Assembly (NCBI GenBank): GCA_041660565.1
Contig: JBAZWC010000002.1
Span: 85,520-149,519, forward strand
Source of the DNA: Patescibacteria group bacterium
Lineage (GTDB): Bacteria > Patescibacteriota > UBA1384 > CAJBMM01
Direction of reading: 5' to 3'
DNA length: 64,000 nucleotides
Shown here piece after piece: positions 51,270 to 61,092 of the stretch. The notes below the pieces were generated by a model, which was given only the letters and a program-made list of their open reading frames with translations, was not told the DNA's origin and did no database searches. Both the position numbers and the translations under genes were made by a program. Numbering within the stretch: position 1 is the stretch's first letter; each line of letters starts with the position of its first letter.

Positions 51270-52788
51270 AACAAAATTAATTAATAAAGTTAAAAAATAC
51301 TTCAGCCCACTCTACCCTTGGCTTTATCTTTTGTACACCCTGCTTTTGTTTACCGGATATGGTATTCATTTCACTAATGTTTTTTACCTCGCACTAAATT
51401 TGATTATTGCCGGCATCGGACTGTTTGTTCTAATGCTAATTCTAGGCAAATTTACCTCAGACCGAGCCAAAATTGCCTGCATCACCCTGGTTTTTGAAGT
51501 AATTTATTTTAACTACAAAGCATTCGAAGACTGGGCGCTTACTCTACCTGCCTCTGATATTCTATTTAAACTGCACCTCCCCGTTCTACTGACCATCGCG
51601 GTTTTAATCTTTTTCAGCATCAAAGTAATCAAATTTTCCAAGCCGATCACCGCTTTTACCAAGGTTGCTACGTTTGTGGTGATAATTTTAGTGCTGGACA
51701 GTTTGTACGTAGTCATTGATGCTCGCGCGAAAGACTACTCATTAAGAAACAGGGTCGAAAACTCGGTTACCGAGTACCAAAGCGAGGATAAGCCGGACAT
51801 CTATTACATTATTTACGATCGCTACACCGGCTCTAAGGCCTTAAAAAATTTGTACGGTTATGATAATTCAGCGTTTACAGACGAGCTAAAGAAGCGCGGT
51901 TTTTATTATGCGGACAAAAGCTCAAGCAACTATTTCGGTACTTTGCATTCGTTAACTTCAATTATGAATATGGATTTTAATGATTCCAAAGCCAGCAACG
52001 ATCTGTTTAAAGACAGTGATTTGTTGGCGATGCTGGACAATAATCGGGTTACCTTTACCTTGCAGAAAATGGGTTATTCGACATACAACGTCGGATCTTG
52101 GTGGACCGACACCAACCGTAACCCCAATATGATATCACCAAAGCAAATGGCACCAATGACATTAATGGACTACACCACTTACTATTTGCTCAGGGGCACG
52201 TTGGCTGAACCACTTAAAAAGCCCATCACCAACTATCAAATGAAACACGTTTTTAATTATCGCGTAAAATCACTTGATGAAATAAAAAATAATCCGTCAC
52301 CAAAATTTGTTTTTATGCATTCATTATCGTCTCATACCCCGTTTGTTTACGATGCCAAATGCAATATCAAATCTGATATCAGTCAAGAGAGTGTCGAGAT
52401 ATATTTGGATAATCTGCAGTGTGTTAATCAGCATATATTACAAATTGTGGATACAATTTTAAACAAACCGGGAGACAAACCGGTCATCATTCTACAATCA
52501 GACGAAGGGCACGAAATCACTCAAGCCCTACCAACTACTACTGATGCGCCAGACGCAGCTCTGCTTGAGAAATTTTCCACCCTCAGTACTTTTTATTTCC
52601 CAGATCAAAAATACGATCAGCTTTATCCGGAAATTTCATCGGTTAACACCTTTCGCGTGGTCTTGAATAAATTATTTAACGCCAATATTGCATTATTACC
52701 GGACAAAAGTTACGTCAGTGGCGATCAATTCGAGATAAACGATACCAAAGAGGTAACAAATCGCATTAGCGAATTGATCAGAAAATAG
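51262..52788 (+). CDS. membrane sulfatase/LTA-synthase-like transferase
   Basis: About 5 TM helices, then PDIYYIIYD, SHTPF and ILQSDEG motifs. Confidence 0.8.
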   Translation: MNRTKLINKVKKYFSPLYPWLYLLYTLLLFTGYGIHFTNVFYLALNLIIAGIGLFVLMLILGKFTSDRAKIACITLVFEVIYFNYKAFEDWALTLPASDILFKLHLPVLLTIAVLIFFSIKVIKFSKPITAFTKVATFVVIILVLDSLYVVIDARAKDYSLRNRVENSVTEYQSEDKPDIYYIIYDRYTGSKALKNLYGYDNSAFTDELKKRGFYYADKSSSNYFGTLHSLTSIMNMDFNDSKASNDLFKDSDLLAMLDNNRVTFTLQKMGYSTYNVGSWWTDTNRNPNMISPKQMAPMTLMDYTTYYLLRGTLAEPLKKPITNYQMKHVFNYRVKSLDEIKNNPSPKFVFMHSLSSHTPFVYDAKCNIKSDISQESVEIYLDNLQCVNQHILQIVDTILNKPGDKPVIILQSDEGHEITQALPTTTDAPDAALLEKFSTLSTFYFPDQKYDQLYPEISSVNTFRVVLNKLFNANIALLPDKSYVSGDQFEINDTKEVTNRISELIRK

Positions 52789-52856
52789 ACTTATTACAAA
52801 ATCTTTCAAAACAATGTATTATATACTGGAATATTGAAAGAATAATAAGGAGATCA

Positions 52857-53615
52857 ATGGCTAATAAGGCAATCCACACCAAGGTAGTCTCAGCTAACCA
52901 TGAAACGGAACTGCGTCGGGATTTTCAAAAACTATTTCGTGACTGCCCCATTCCGGACAATGAGATATTAGAGAATTTGTCCTTATTCTTAAACCGCCAA
53001 ACTATGTCTCGTATTATATTTATGAACGAGATGTATCAGCGAATCATTAATGTTCACGGTGTAGCCATGGAATTCGGCACTCGTTGGGGCCGAAACTTGG
53101 CAATGTTTGAATCGTTTAGAGGAATGTACGAACCGTTCAACTTTAATCGTAAAATTGTTTGTTTTGATACCTTCTCCGGGTTTCCATCTGTCGATGCCAA
53201 AGATGGCAAAGCCGATATTATTAAGGAGCAAGCTTTTTCCACCACCGAAAATTACGATGAGTATTTAACCAAAGTACTGGACTATCACGAAAAAGAAAGC
53301 CCAATCTCACACATCAAGAAATATGAGATCGTTAAAGGTGATGCTACCAAAACCGTCCACCAATATTTCATTAATAATCCGGAAACCATTGTGGCCATTG
53401 CCTATTTTGATTTTGATATCTACGCCCCAACCAAAGAATGCCTGGTGGCGCTCAAAAACCACGTTACCAAAGGCACAGTCATCGGGTTCGATGAATTAAA
53501 TCTACACGATTACCCAGGTGAAACATTGGCTTTCAAAGAGGTGTTTGAGTTGGATAAATATGCCATTCGCCGCTCACCTCTAGTCCCCAACGCTTCGTAC
53601 ATTGTGATTGAATAA
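52857..53615 (+). CDS. TylF/MycF-like sugar O-methyltransferase
   Basis: EFGTRWG, FDTFSGFP and YFDFDIY motifs. Confidence 0.8.
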   Translation: MANKAIHTKVVSANHETELRRDFQKLFRDCPIPDNEILENLSLFLNRQTMSRIIFMNEMYQRIINVHGVAMEFGTRWGRNLAMFESFRGMYEPFNFNRKIVCFDTFSGFPSVDAKDGKADIIKEQAFSTTENYDEYLTKVLDYHEKESPISHIKKYEIVKGDATKTVHQYFINNPETIVAIAYFDFDIYAPTKECLVALKNHVTKGTVIGFDELNLHDYPGETLAFKEVFELDKYAIRRSPLVPNASYIVIE

Positions 53616-53635
53616 CAAATCTACGCGAGGTTAAT

Positions 53636-54331
53636 ATGAGATGCGCCATAATGCAACCGACCTATTTGCCATGGCTCGGCTACTTTGAGTTGATGCTGTC
53701 TTCTGACGTTTTTGTCTATTTTGACGATGTCCAATTTGTGAGCAAAAGTTGGCAGCAACGCAATCGCATTAAAACCGCCACCGGCGAGCTAATGTTGACC
53801 GTGCCAGTGTTAAAAAAAGGCGAGCACGAGCAGGTAATCAATCAAACTTTAATCAATAATCAAGAAAATTGGCGACGTAAACACCTTGGATCGATTGAAA
53901 ACAGCTACCGCAAAGCACCTTATTTTGACCATTACATTGATGGGATACGTGAAATCTATGCGCGCGATTTTACCAAATTAATTGATTTGAATGTGGCGCT
54001 AAATGAGTTTGTGCGCGCAAAGGTGGGCATTACTACCCCGGTCAAATATTCGTCTCAAATTTGCCCGCCCGCAGAACGAAACGCCCGCATTGTTGACATC
54101 TGCCATAAAATTGGTGCCACCGAGCTGTACGACGCCGCCGGCGCTGAGGCAATTTTGGATTTGGATTATTACAAAAAGAATAACGTTAAAATGATTTTTC
54201 AGCATTATAACCATCCGATTTACAAGCAACAGTTCGGCGAATTTCTGCCGTATATGTCGGCAATCGACCTGCTCTTTAACGAAGGTGAAAAAGCCAAAGA
54301 GATCATCATTAGCGGAGGCATCAATGATTGA
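53636..54331 (+). CDS. WbqC family protein
   Basis: MQPTYLPWLGYF, DDVQF..WQQRNRI and SAIDLLFN motifs. Confidence 0.92.
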   Translation: MRCAIMQPTYLPWLGYFELMLSSDVFVYFDDVQFVSKSWQQRNRIKTATGELMLTVPVLKKGEHEQVINQTLINNQENWRRKHLGSIENSYRKAPYFDHYIDGIREIYARDFTKLIDLNVALNEFVRAKVGITTPVKYSSQICPPAERNARIVDICHKIGATELYDAAGAEAILDLDYYKKNNVKMIFQHYNHPIYKQQFGEFLPYMSAIDLLFNEGEKAKEIIISGGIND

Positions 54332-55367
54332 AATTGGTCACCGAAAGATTGGATCGGGGGAACCGGCGCTAATTGTAGCGGAGATTTCGGGGAATCACCT
54401 GCACAAGTTTGATCTGGCGGTCAAAACCATCCACGCCATGAAAGAAGCCGGTGCGGATGCGGTAAAACTGCAAACCTTCACCGCCGATACTATCACTTTA
54501 GATGCAAACACCAAGTATTTTCAGATTAAAGACACCATTTGGGCCGGGCAAAATATGCACAAACTTTTTGCCGAGGTAAGCATGCCCTGGGATTGGCAAC
54601 CGAAATTGAAAAAGGTGGCCGAGGATTTGGGAATGATGCTTTTTTCGACCCCGTTTGATTTTAGTTCGGTGGATTTTCTAGCTGAAATGGGCGTACCGTG
54701 TTACAAAGTAGCCTCGCCGGAGATTGTTGATTTACCGTTAATTGAACATATCGCCTCTAAAAACAAACCGGTCATATTAGCTACCGGTGTGGCGGCACTA
54801 GCCGATATCCGCGCTGCCGTTAATGCTTGCCACAATGTTGGAAATCACCAAATTATCATCCTAAAATGTACTTCGGCGTATCCAACTCCGTGGGATGAGG
54901 TCAACTTACAAACCATGGTAGATATTAAGAAAAAATTCAAGACCGTGGTCGGCATATCTGACCACACCCCCGGATCAGTAGTACCAATTTCGGCAGTAGC
55001 GCTAGGCGCATCAATGATTGAAAAACATTTTATTTTAGACCGACATTTGGGCGGCCCGGACTCATCATTTTCGCTTGAACCCAATGAATTCAAAAAAATG
55101 GTAGACGAAATCCGTCAAGCTGAGAAAGCGCTCGGTCACGTCAACTATCAGCTAACGCCGGGGATGAAGATTGAGCGAAAACAAGGGCGATCTTTGTTTG
55201 TAGTGGCTGATATTAAAAAGGGCGAGATTTTTACCACAGACAACGTCCGGTCCATCAGACCCGGTGATGGCTTACCGCCAAAATTCATAGGCGAAGTTTT
55301 AGGCAAAAAAGCTAAATCTGACATTAAAAAAGGCAATCCACTAACCTGGAAACAAATTATTAAATGA
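54324..55367 (+). CDS. pseI: pseudaminic acid synthase
   Basis: AEISGNH, KVASPE, KCTSAYP, SDHT and EKHF motifs; C-terminal AFP-like domain. Confidence 0.92.
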   Translation: MIEIGHRKIGSGEPALIVAEISGNHLHKFDLAVKTIHAMKEAGADAVKLQTFTADTITLDANTKYFQIKDTIWAGQNMHKLFAEVSMPWDWQPKLKKVAEDLGMMLFSTPFDFSSVDFLAEMGVPCYKVASPEIVDLPLIEHIASKNKPVILATGVAALADIRAAVNACHNVGNHQIIILKCTSAYPTPWDEVNLQTMVDIKKKFKTVVGISDHTPGSVVPISAVALGASMIEKHFILDRHLGGPDSSFSLEPNEFKKMVDEIRQAEKALGHVNYQLTPGMKIERKQGRSLFVVADIKKGEIFTTDNVRSIRPGDGLPPKFIGEVLGKKAKSDIKKGNPLTWKQIIK

Positions 55368-56815
55368 ATATTATTATCAATGACTTTGACGACCCGGAGC
55401 TGTCCGAAGTAACTTTTAAAATTTTGCGTGATTTTAAGGCGCAACACTGCGCTGCTATCTATAACAACGTGCCAACCAAGGTGCCAAAACACGTTAAATG
55501 CGATCGATTTGATTGGGAGAAAATTATCTTTTTTGCCGATTACGACGTTAATTGGAATAATATTACCCCGTTAGACGAAGAAATTATCGAGTCTTACTCT
55601 CAAACTGAAACAGTGGTAATAAAAATGATGGACCGGCTGGAAGTCCGGCGTCCCCTCTCGTATCAGATGCGCAAAGAAATGTATTTGAAACACCTTCGAT
55701 TTTGGCTAGATTACATCAAAAAGAATCACATTGACTTATTTTTTTCGACCAACACCCCACACGAAATATATGACTTTGTGATTTATGATATTTGCAAAAA
55801 GCAGGGCATTCCCACCCTTTTTACCCACCAATCGCAAATTGATGATACCTCTTTGTTACTTAATGATTGGCAAAAATCGATCGACAACTTACCTTTAATA
55901 ATGAGCCAGCTCAAAGGCAAACCGATTAAGTTATCTGAACGATTCGAACGGATTTTTAGCTACTATTCCCACTCTAACCCTACCCCCGGGTCAAAAATCA
56001 CCCTAAGTTATACCAACCAACGTTTTACCATTCATAAAATAATTCAGCCAATTCAGGTGATAATTAAATTACTCACCACCTTAAAACGTACTATCAAGCG
56101 CCTGCCCATTTACCTTGTCGTTTATACTCGACGAGAGATAATTGGCATTAGTACGGCTTATTTACACTGGTTTTATCGCCAACACACCACAAAAGCTGAT
56201 CTAAAACAAAAATACATCTACTTTCCGTTGCACTATCAGCCCGAATTAACCACTTCACCTGGTGCTGGCGAATTTGTTAACCAGGTTTTAATTGCTACCT
56301 TGCTGTCACATTACGCGCCCAAAAACGTCTTGATTTACATTAAAGAGCATCCGGCACAAAACGCTCGCTGCCGATCCACTAGTTATTTCCGAGAGTTGCT
56401 AAACATGCCGAACGTACGGTTAATGCCCGTAAAAACTAGCACGTACGAGCTAATCGATCACGCCCAAGCGGTGGCAACCGGTATGGGCACGGCAGGTTGG
56501 GAAGGAATTTTTCGGGGTAAACCGGTATTGATGTTTGGCCACGATTTTTACCAGTACGCCCCGGGCGTATTCCCCATCAAAACAAATGCGGACTGCGCTA
56601 AGGCGATGACCCAGATTTTTACCGGTCAGTATAAATATGACGAAAATAATTTACGCATATTCTTAAAAGCAGTGGAGATGACTACCATTTCGGGAACAAC
56701 AGATCTGCTTTACCGCCAACAATTTGGAGTCAACGAAGCACAAAATAGCCAGAATATCTATGGCGCCATCGCCAAACGCCTAACTGACATGGGATTCGCC
56801 AAAAATGATCGATAG
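55364..56815 (+). CDS. capsule biosynthesis (KpsS/KpsC-like) glycosyltransferase
   Basis: FPLHYQPE, IKEHP and GTAGWE motifs. Confidence 0.75.
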   Translation: MNIIINDFDDPELSEVTFKILRDFKAQHCAAIYNNVPTKVPKHVKCDRFDWEKIIFFADYDVNWNNITPLDEEIIESYSQTETVVIKMMDRLEVRRPLSYQMRKEMYLKHLRFWLDYIKKNHIDLFFSTNTPHEIYDFVIYDICKKQGIPTLFTHQSQIDDTSLLLNDWQKSIDNLPLIMSQLKGKPIKLSERFERIFSYYSHSNPTPGSKITLSYTNQRFTIHKIIQPIQVIIKLLTTLKRTIKRLPIYLVVYTRREIIGISTAYLHWFYRQHTTKADLKQKYIYFPLHYQPELTTSPGAGEFVNQVLIATLLSHYAPKNVLIYIKEHPAQNARCRSTSYFRELLNMPNVRLMPVKTSTYELIDHAQAVATGMGTAGWEGIFRGKPVLMFGHDFYQYAPGVFPIKTNADCAKAMTQIFTGQYKYDENNLRIFLKAVEMTTISGTTDLLYRQQFGVNEAQNSQNIYGAIAKRLTDMGFAKNDR

Positions 56816-58142
56816 CATCAAATCTATGTTAAAAACTGCCAGTTTGCGCCAAATTATCGCCAACTCGTTTTGGATAATGCTGGATAATATTGTGCGCATT
56901 GGCGTGGGTTTTTTTGTTGGGGTTTGGGTAGCGCGCTACCTTGGTCCAAGCCAATACGGATTATGGAACTACGCCATTTCTTTCGTAGCTATATTTAGCG
57001 TGATCGCCAACCCCGGTTTTAATGATATTGTCATTCGTGACGTGGTCAGAATGTCCGAAAAAAGAGGTGAGGTTCTGGGCACCTCGTTTTTCTTACGCCT
57101 CGTTGGCGCTTCAATCGCCTCGGTTTTGGCAATAATAATTATTTTAATACTGTCACACCGCGACTTTCTAACCACCGCATTGGTAGCAGTTTCGGCGGTT
57201 GGCTTAATTTTCCAGTCATTTGATGTGATTTCATTATGGTTCGAGTCAAGAGTGAAATCTCAAAAATCAGTCACAGTTAGATTGATTGCTTTCTCTGTTT
57301 CCAGCGCGATTAAAGTAGCATTAATACTTTCACACGCCTCTTTAATTTACTTTGCCCTGGCCAGCATTATCGAACTTGGTTTAAGCGCCATCGGGATAAT
57401 TCTGGCATACTGGCACGATAAACAGTCGTTTCGCGCTTGGCAATTTACCATTCCTTATGCCAAAACGATGCTTCGCAACTGCTGGCCAATTATGGCAGCA
57501 GGCGCATTGAGTATGGTTTACCTACGCGTGGATAAAATATTGGTAGGTAATTTGATTAGCGATTCCGCTTTGGGTAACTACTCCGTTGGCACCATGCTAA
57601 CCGAATCATTGCGTTTTGTGGCCATCGCCATCACCGCCTCTGTCTTCCCGGCAATCATCTACTCCAAACAGCAAAACGAAAAACTATACCTGCATCGGCT
57701 GCAAATGCTTTATAACTTTATGATTTTGATGGCGGTGGTAATAGCCGTGCCAATTACCATTTTTGCCCATCAAATTATCCATTTACTCTATGGTGATCAG
57801 TTTAGCCAAGCCGCCACGGTGTTATCGATTTACATTTGGACGAATGTTTTTATGTTCTCCGATTTTGCCGCGTCAAAATGGTTCTACACCGAAAATCTGC
57901 AAAAATTCATCCTGTATAAAGATTTGGCGGGCGCGATAGTCAGTTTGGCGCTCGATTTGATATTGATCCCACGCATTGGAGTAATCGGCGCCGCCATCTC
58001 TGGGATCATCTCGATTATGATTGTAACCTACCTTGGCAACCTGTTCTTCCCCCAAACCCGAATCGTTTTCCGAATGCAAACCGCTTCCTTTTTCCATTTT
58101 TTGTCGTATCATAAGCTTAAAAGCGAGATAAACAGTGATTAA
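56805..58142 (+). CDS. Wzx flippase
   Basis: ARYLGPSQYG motif; about 12 TM helices. Confidence 0.9.
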   Translation: MIDSIKSMLKTASLRQIIANSFWIMLDNIVRIGVGFFVGVWVARYLGPSQYGLWNYAISFVAIFSVIANPGFNDIVIRDVVRMSEKRGEVLGTSFFLRLVGASIASVLAIIIILILSHRDFLTTALVAVSAVGLIFQSFDVISLWFESRVKSQKSVTVRLIAFSVSSAIKVALILSHASLIYFALASIIELGLSAIGIILAYWHDKQSFRAWQFTIPYAKTMLRNCWPIMAAGALSMVYLRVDKILVGNLISDSALGNYSVGTMLTESLRFVAIAITASVFPAIIYSKQQNEKLYLHRLQMLYNFMILMAVVIAVPITIFAHQIIHLLYGDQFSQAATVLSIYIWTNVFMFSDFAASKWFYTENLQKFILYKDLAGAIVSLALDLILIPRIGVIGAAISGIISIMIVTYLGNLFFPQTRIVFRMQTASFFHFLSYHKLKSEINSD

Positions 58143-59553
58143 AGTATTGTGGATTCTAAATAAATACGTTGACGGGCAAAACCACAGCCAGTTTTATCCG
58201 TATTTTTTGGCGGATTTGGAAAAAGAGTGCTTATCAAAAGAAATTCAACTTGAGTTTACCTATTTTAGCGATGCGCAAAAAAAGTGCGATCGGACGCAAC
58301 ATCATCATTTTTTCTTTGAACATCATCGCAAAATAACTGATTTCCACCGAGAAGCGGCTCGCATTGAAAACGAATATAATTTTACCCTAAATCACGCCTA
58401 TTATTCGGACATTATTCAGGTCACCAAAACTCAAGATACTCGTCGCATAACCGTACCGGAAAAAGAGCTTAATAATCATCAATTATTAGTAGAGAAATTT
58501 GTCTACCTAGAGAACTTAGTCAAAAAGAACGGGTATGACGTTATTTTTTGCGATCAATCTCCTGAGGCCGAAGCGGAATTTGGACGGGTGATAGCGCTGA
58601 AAAATAATTTGGTTTTCATTCGTCATGGCGAAGGTTTTTTGGCCAACAGCTTATTCAGCCAACAATTCGAGTTCGGCAAAGAGCGATTGTCAGAAGCGGT
58701 TTTGAATACAGACGTTACACTAGAACAAGCCAAAGAGTTTGTGCGAGATTTTATTAAAAACAAAAGGCCGCCGTATCAATATCCGGAAACCCACAAAGCC
58801 AGCGCCTTAAAGTTTTATTCCGCTCGCATCGCTCATTTTTACCGCTACCCCAATTTTATTAAAATGGCTTTGTCTCAGCCGTGGCTGTGGTTTGAGGAAA
58901 AATGGCTAAAAAGACGACTGGAAAAGCAGTTTGACCCCACCGCATCGTATCTGTTTTTAGGATTGCAGCTGCCAACCGAATCTACCATAGTGCTGCGTTC
59001 GCAACCATACGCCAATCAATCACTAATTATTGAGGCCATCAGCCGAGTCTTACCCGATAACACCCTGTTATATGTGCGTGAACATCCAAAATGGCGTAAA
59101 CATTTTCCGGCGCGATTCCTTGGTCAAATTGCCTCACTACCAAACGTGCGTTTAATTTCGCCACAAATCCCGGCATGGGAGGTTATTCATCATGCCAAAG
59201 CGGTTTTAACCTACAACTCTACCATCGGCATTGAAGCGCTAATGCACGGCAAGCCGGTGCTCTCTTTTGCGCCAAATGTCTACATCAACCAACACCCGGC
59301 CGTTACTTTGTGCACAAATTTATATGATTTGGACCATAGCTTGGCTAAGTTGGTTAATACTAAAGTTGAGATAGAGGACACTTACAAATACATCTACAAA
59401 ATGATGCGTATCAGCAGCTGGGTGCCATTGTGGGCCAGCGGATTTTTATCTGAAGATGATGCCCAAAAAAAGGCCGGCGTGTTTAGCCAGCATTTACTAT
59501 TAGCGATTAAAGATTGCCAAAATTGGCAAAAAAATAACGGGCACTTGCGCTAG
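58135..59553 (+). CDS. capsule biosynthesis (KpsS-like) glycosyltransferase
   Basis: LQLPTES, VREHP and NSTIGIEA..GKPV motifs. Confidence 0.75.
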   Translation: MIKVLWILNKYVDGQNHSQFYPYFLADLEKECLSKEIQLEFTYFSDAQKKCDRTQHHHFFFEHHRKITDFHREAARIENEYNFTLNHAYYSDIIQVTKTQDTRRITVPEKELNNHQLLVEKFVYLENLVKKNGYDVIFCDQSPEAEAEFGRVIALKNNLVFIRHGEGFLANSLFSQQFEFGKERLSEAVLNTDVTLEQAKEFVRDFIKNKRPPYQYPETHKASALKFYSARIAHFYRYPNFIKMALSQPWLWFEEKWLKRRLEKQFDPTASYLFLGLQLPTESTIVLRSQPYANQSLIIEAISRVLPDNTLLYVREHPKWRKHFPARFLGQIASLPNVRLISPQIPAWEVIHHAKAVLTYNSTIGIEALMHGKPVLSFAPNVYINQHPAVTLCTNLYDLDHSLAKLVNTKVEIEDTYKYIYKMMRISSWVPLWASGFLSEDDAQKKAGVFSQHLLLAIKDCQNWQKNNGHLR

Positions 59554-59585
59554 CAAGCACCCGCTTTGGAGCAACCATCAGCTGG

Positions 59586-60188
59586 TCAGGAGAAGAGTGC
59601 CAGCACCACTCCAGAGACGAACAACCATTGTCCGAGCAACGCCTCCGGGGTCAGTCTGACGTAGTACTCTATCAGCCACTCGTCTACCGTCTTGGAGTAA
59701 TAGCCCAGCACCACGTCTCCAGGTATTGCCCGGACGAGATAACGCCGCCCGTTTGCGGTGCCGAACAGTCGGTAGAAAGTTGGCGAAAACGGCCCGAGCC
59801 AGGTTAGCCCGCAGCCATTCGCCTCGCCTGTGCTGTCGTGCACGAAGTGCATGATCAGGCAAGTGAATGCCAGCAACCCCCAGAACAACTGGTTTCCGTG
59901 CAGCCACTGAGCGATCAGCACCGTGACAGCCACCACCACAGGGACGAACAGGATGGGGAAGTGGAACAGATCGCGATGGTGTTTGATCTTCACTCCCATT
60001 CTCTTGAGCAAGGCGCCGACCACAATGTCGGCGTCTGGCAGCACCGAAAACGCCATGCCCGCCAGATAGCACCAGTAGCTAACGTGGACATCGAGTCCCT
60101 TTGCCAGCAGGTACGTCAGCCACAACCCTACACCAAAGTCATGCAAGGCGGCGTTGGTCAGCCCAAACAACCTCGTCGTGGGCGACAT
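59586..60188 (-). CDS. YdjM-like membrane metal-dependent hydrolase (GC-rich)
   Basis: LPDAD, HHR..H and HFVHD motifs. Confidence 0.75.
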   Translation of the reverse strand: MSPTTRLFGLTNAALHDFGVGLWLTYLLAKGLDVHVSYWCYLAGMAFSVLPDADIVVGALLKRMGVKIKHHRDLFHFPILFVPVVVAVTVLIAQWLHGNQLFWGLLAFTCLIMHFVHDSTGEANGCGLTWLGPFSPTFYRLFGTANGRRYLVRAIPGDVVLGYYSKTVDEWLIEYYVRLTPEALLGQWLFVSGVVLALFS

Positions 60189-60198
60189 TGTCCCCCTC

Positions 60199-60867
60199 CT
60201 AGGGTATGGGCGAGATGATTCCCGACGCGGAATAGCGTTTGACGCGCTCGATCTCGCCTTCGAGCACCTTGGACAGTCTGACGTTGTAGCCGTATCCCAT
60301 CAGAGACGGGATACCAACGACTTCACGTGTCACGCTGGTTAGACCACCAATCCAGTGTCGTGCGGTGCGGAATACCCGAGGAACATGGTAATCCGTCGTC
60401 ACCAGCACAACATGTCCGATAGTCTCGTATCGCAGGTAATCTGCCAGAACCTGAAGTTGAGTACCGGTGTTTGCCGACCCTGTTGGGCCGCAATCGAGGT
60501 AAGTGATCGCGTCGGCGGGCATACCAGCCGAGACAGCGATGCCGCGACTCTCGATCTCCTCTTCGGTCTCGCCATCGATCACGAGGGTGGGGAGACAGGA
60601 CGCAGCTTCGAGTACCATTCTGACAGCGGCACGAATTCGATCCGCGTTCTCTTCGGTGTCAGCGTGCTCACGCGGGCCGGTCTTTGGCCCACAGTAGGTG
60701 CCGGTCAACATCACCACGTGAGTGGTGTTGTCCGGGACAGTCAATGGTTGTCGCGCCGCATTGTAGCACGCGACGTACTCGTCAATCAGGCCGCCCCGGT
60801 CCGGGTATCGGCAGCGCAGAACATCCCATTCCCGATCAGTCACATGCATCACTCGGTTTTGATCCAA
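60199..60867 (-). CDS. YdcF/DUF218 (ElyC/SanA-like) protein (GC-rich)
   Basis: ANTGTQ and LVTTDYHVPR motifs; TTG start after AAAGGGGG. Confidence 0.75.
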   Translation of the reverse strand: MDQNRVMHVTDREWDVLRCRYPDRGGLIDEYVACYNAARQPLTVPDNTTHVVMLTGTYCGPKTGPREHADTEENADRIRAAVRMVLEAASCLPTLVIDGETEEEIESRGIAVSAGMPADAITYLDCGPTGSANTGTQLQVLADYLRYETIGHVVLVTTDYHVPRVFRTARHWIGGLTSVTREVVGIPSLMGYGYNVRLSKVLEGEIERVKRYSASGIISPIP

Positions 60868-60890
60868 TGACGTTTCCCCCTTTGGGATCG

Positions 60891-60971
60891 ATTTGTTAAG
60901 GAAGCGTGTATTACAGATCGCACACCTGCGACGATAAACCATATCTTACTTTATTTTAGCCCCCTTGTCAA
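60891..60971 (-). promoter_or_regulatory. promoter, hairpin and boxA-like motif
   Basis: TTGACA-17-TAAGAT; TCGCA-GGTG-TGCGA hairpin; GCTTCCTTAACAAAT. Confidence 0.65.
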
Positions 60972-61026
60972 CCAATTCGGAAGATTGGGGATGGAAAATA
61001 GATGATAGATTTTGGTAATTTTCCTT

Positions 61027-61059
61027 TGTCATTCCGGGCTTGACCCGGAATCTATATAA
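61027..61059 (+). repeat. REP-like palindrome, copy 5
   Basis: TGTCATTCCGGGCTTGACCCGGAATCTATATAA. Confidence 0.85.
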
Positions 61060-61092
61060 TCTAAAATTAAAACATACACCAAAAGAAATACT

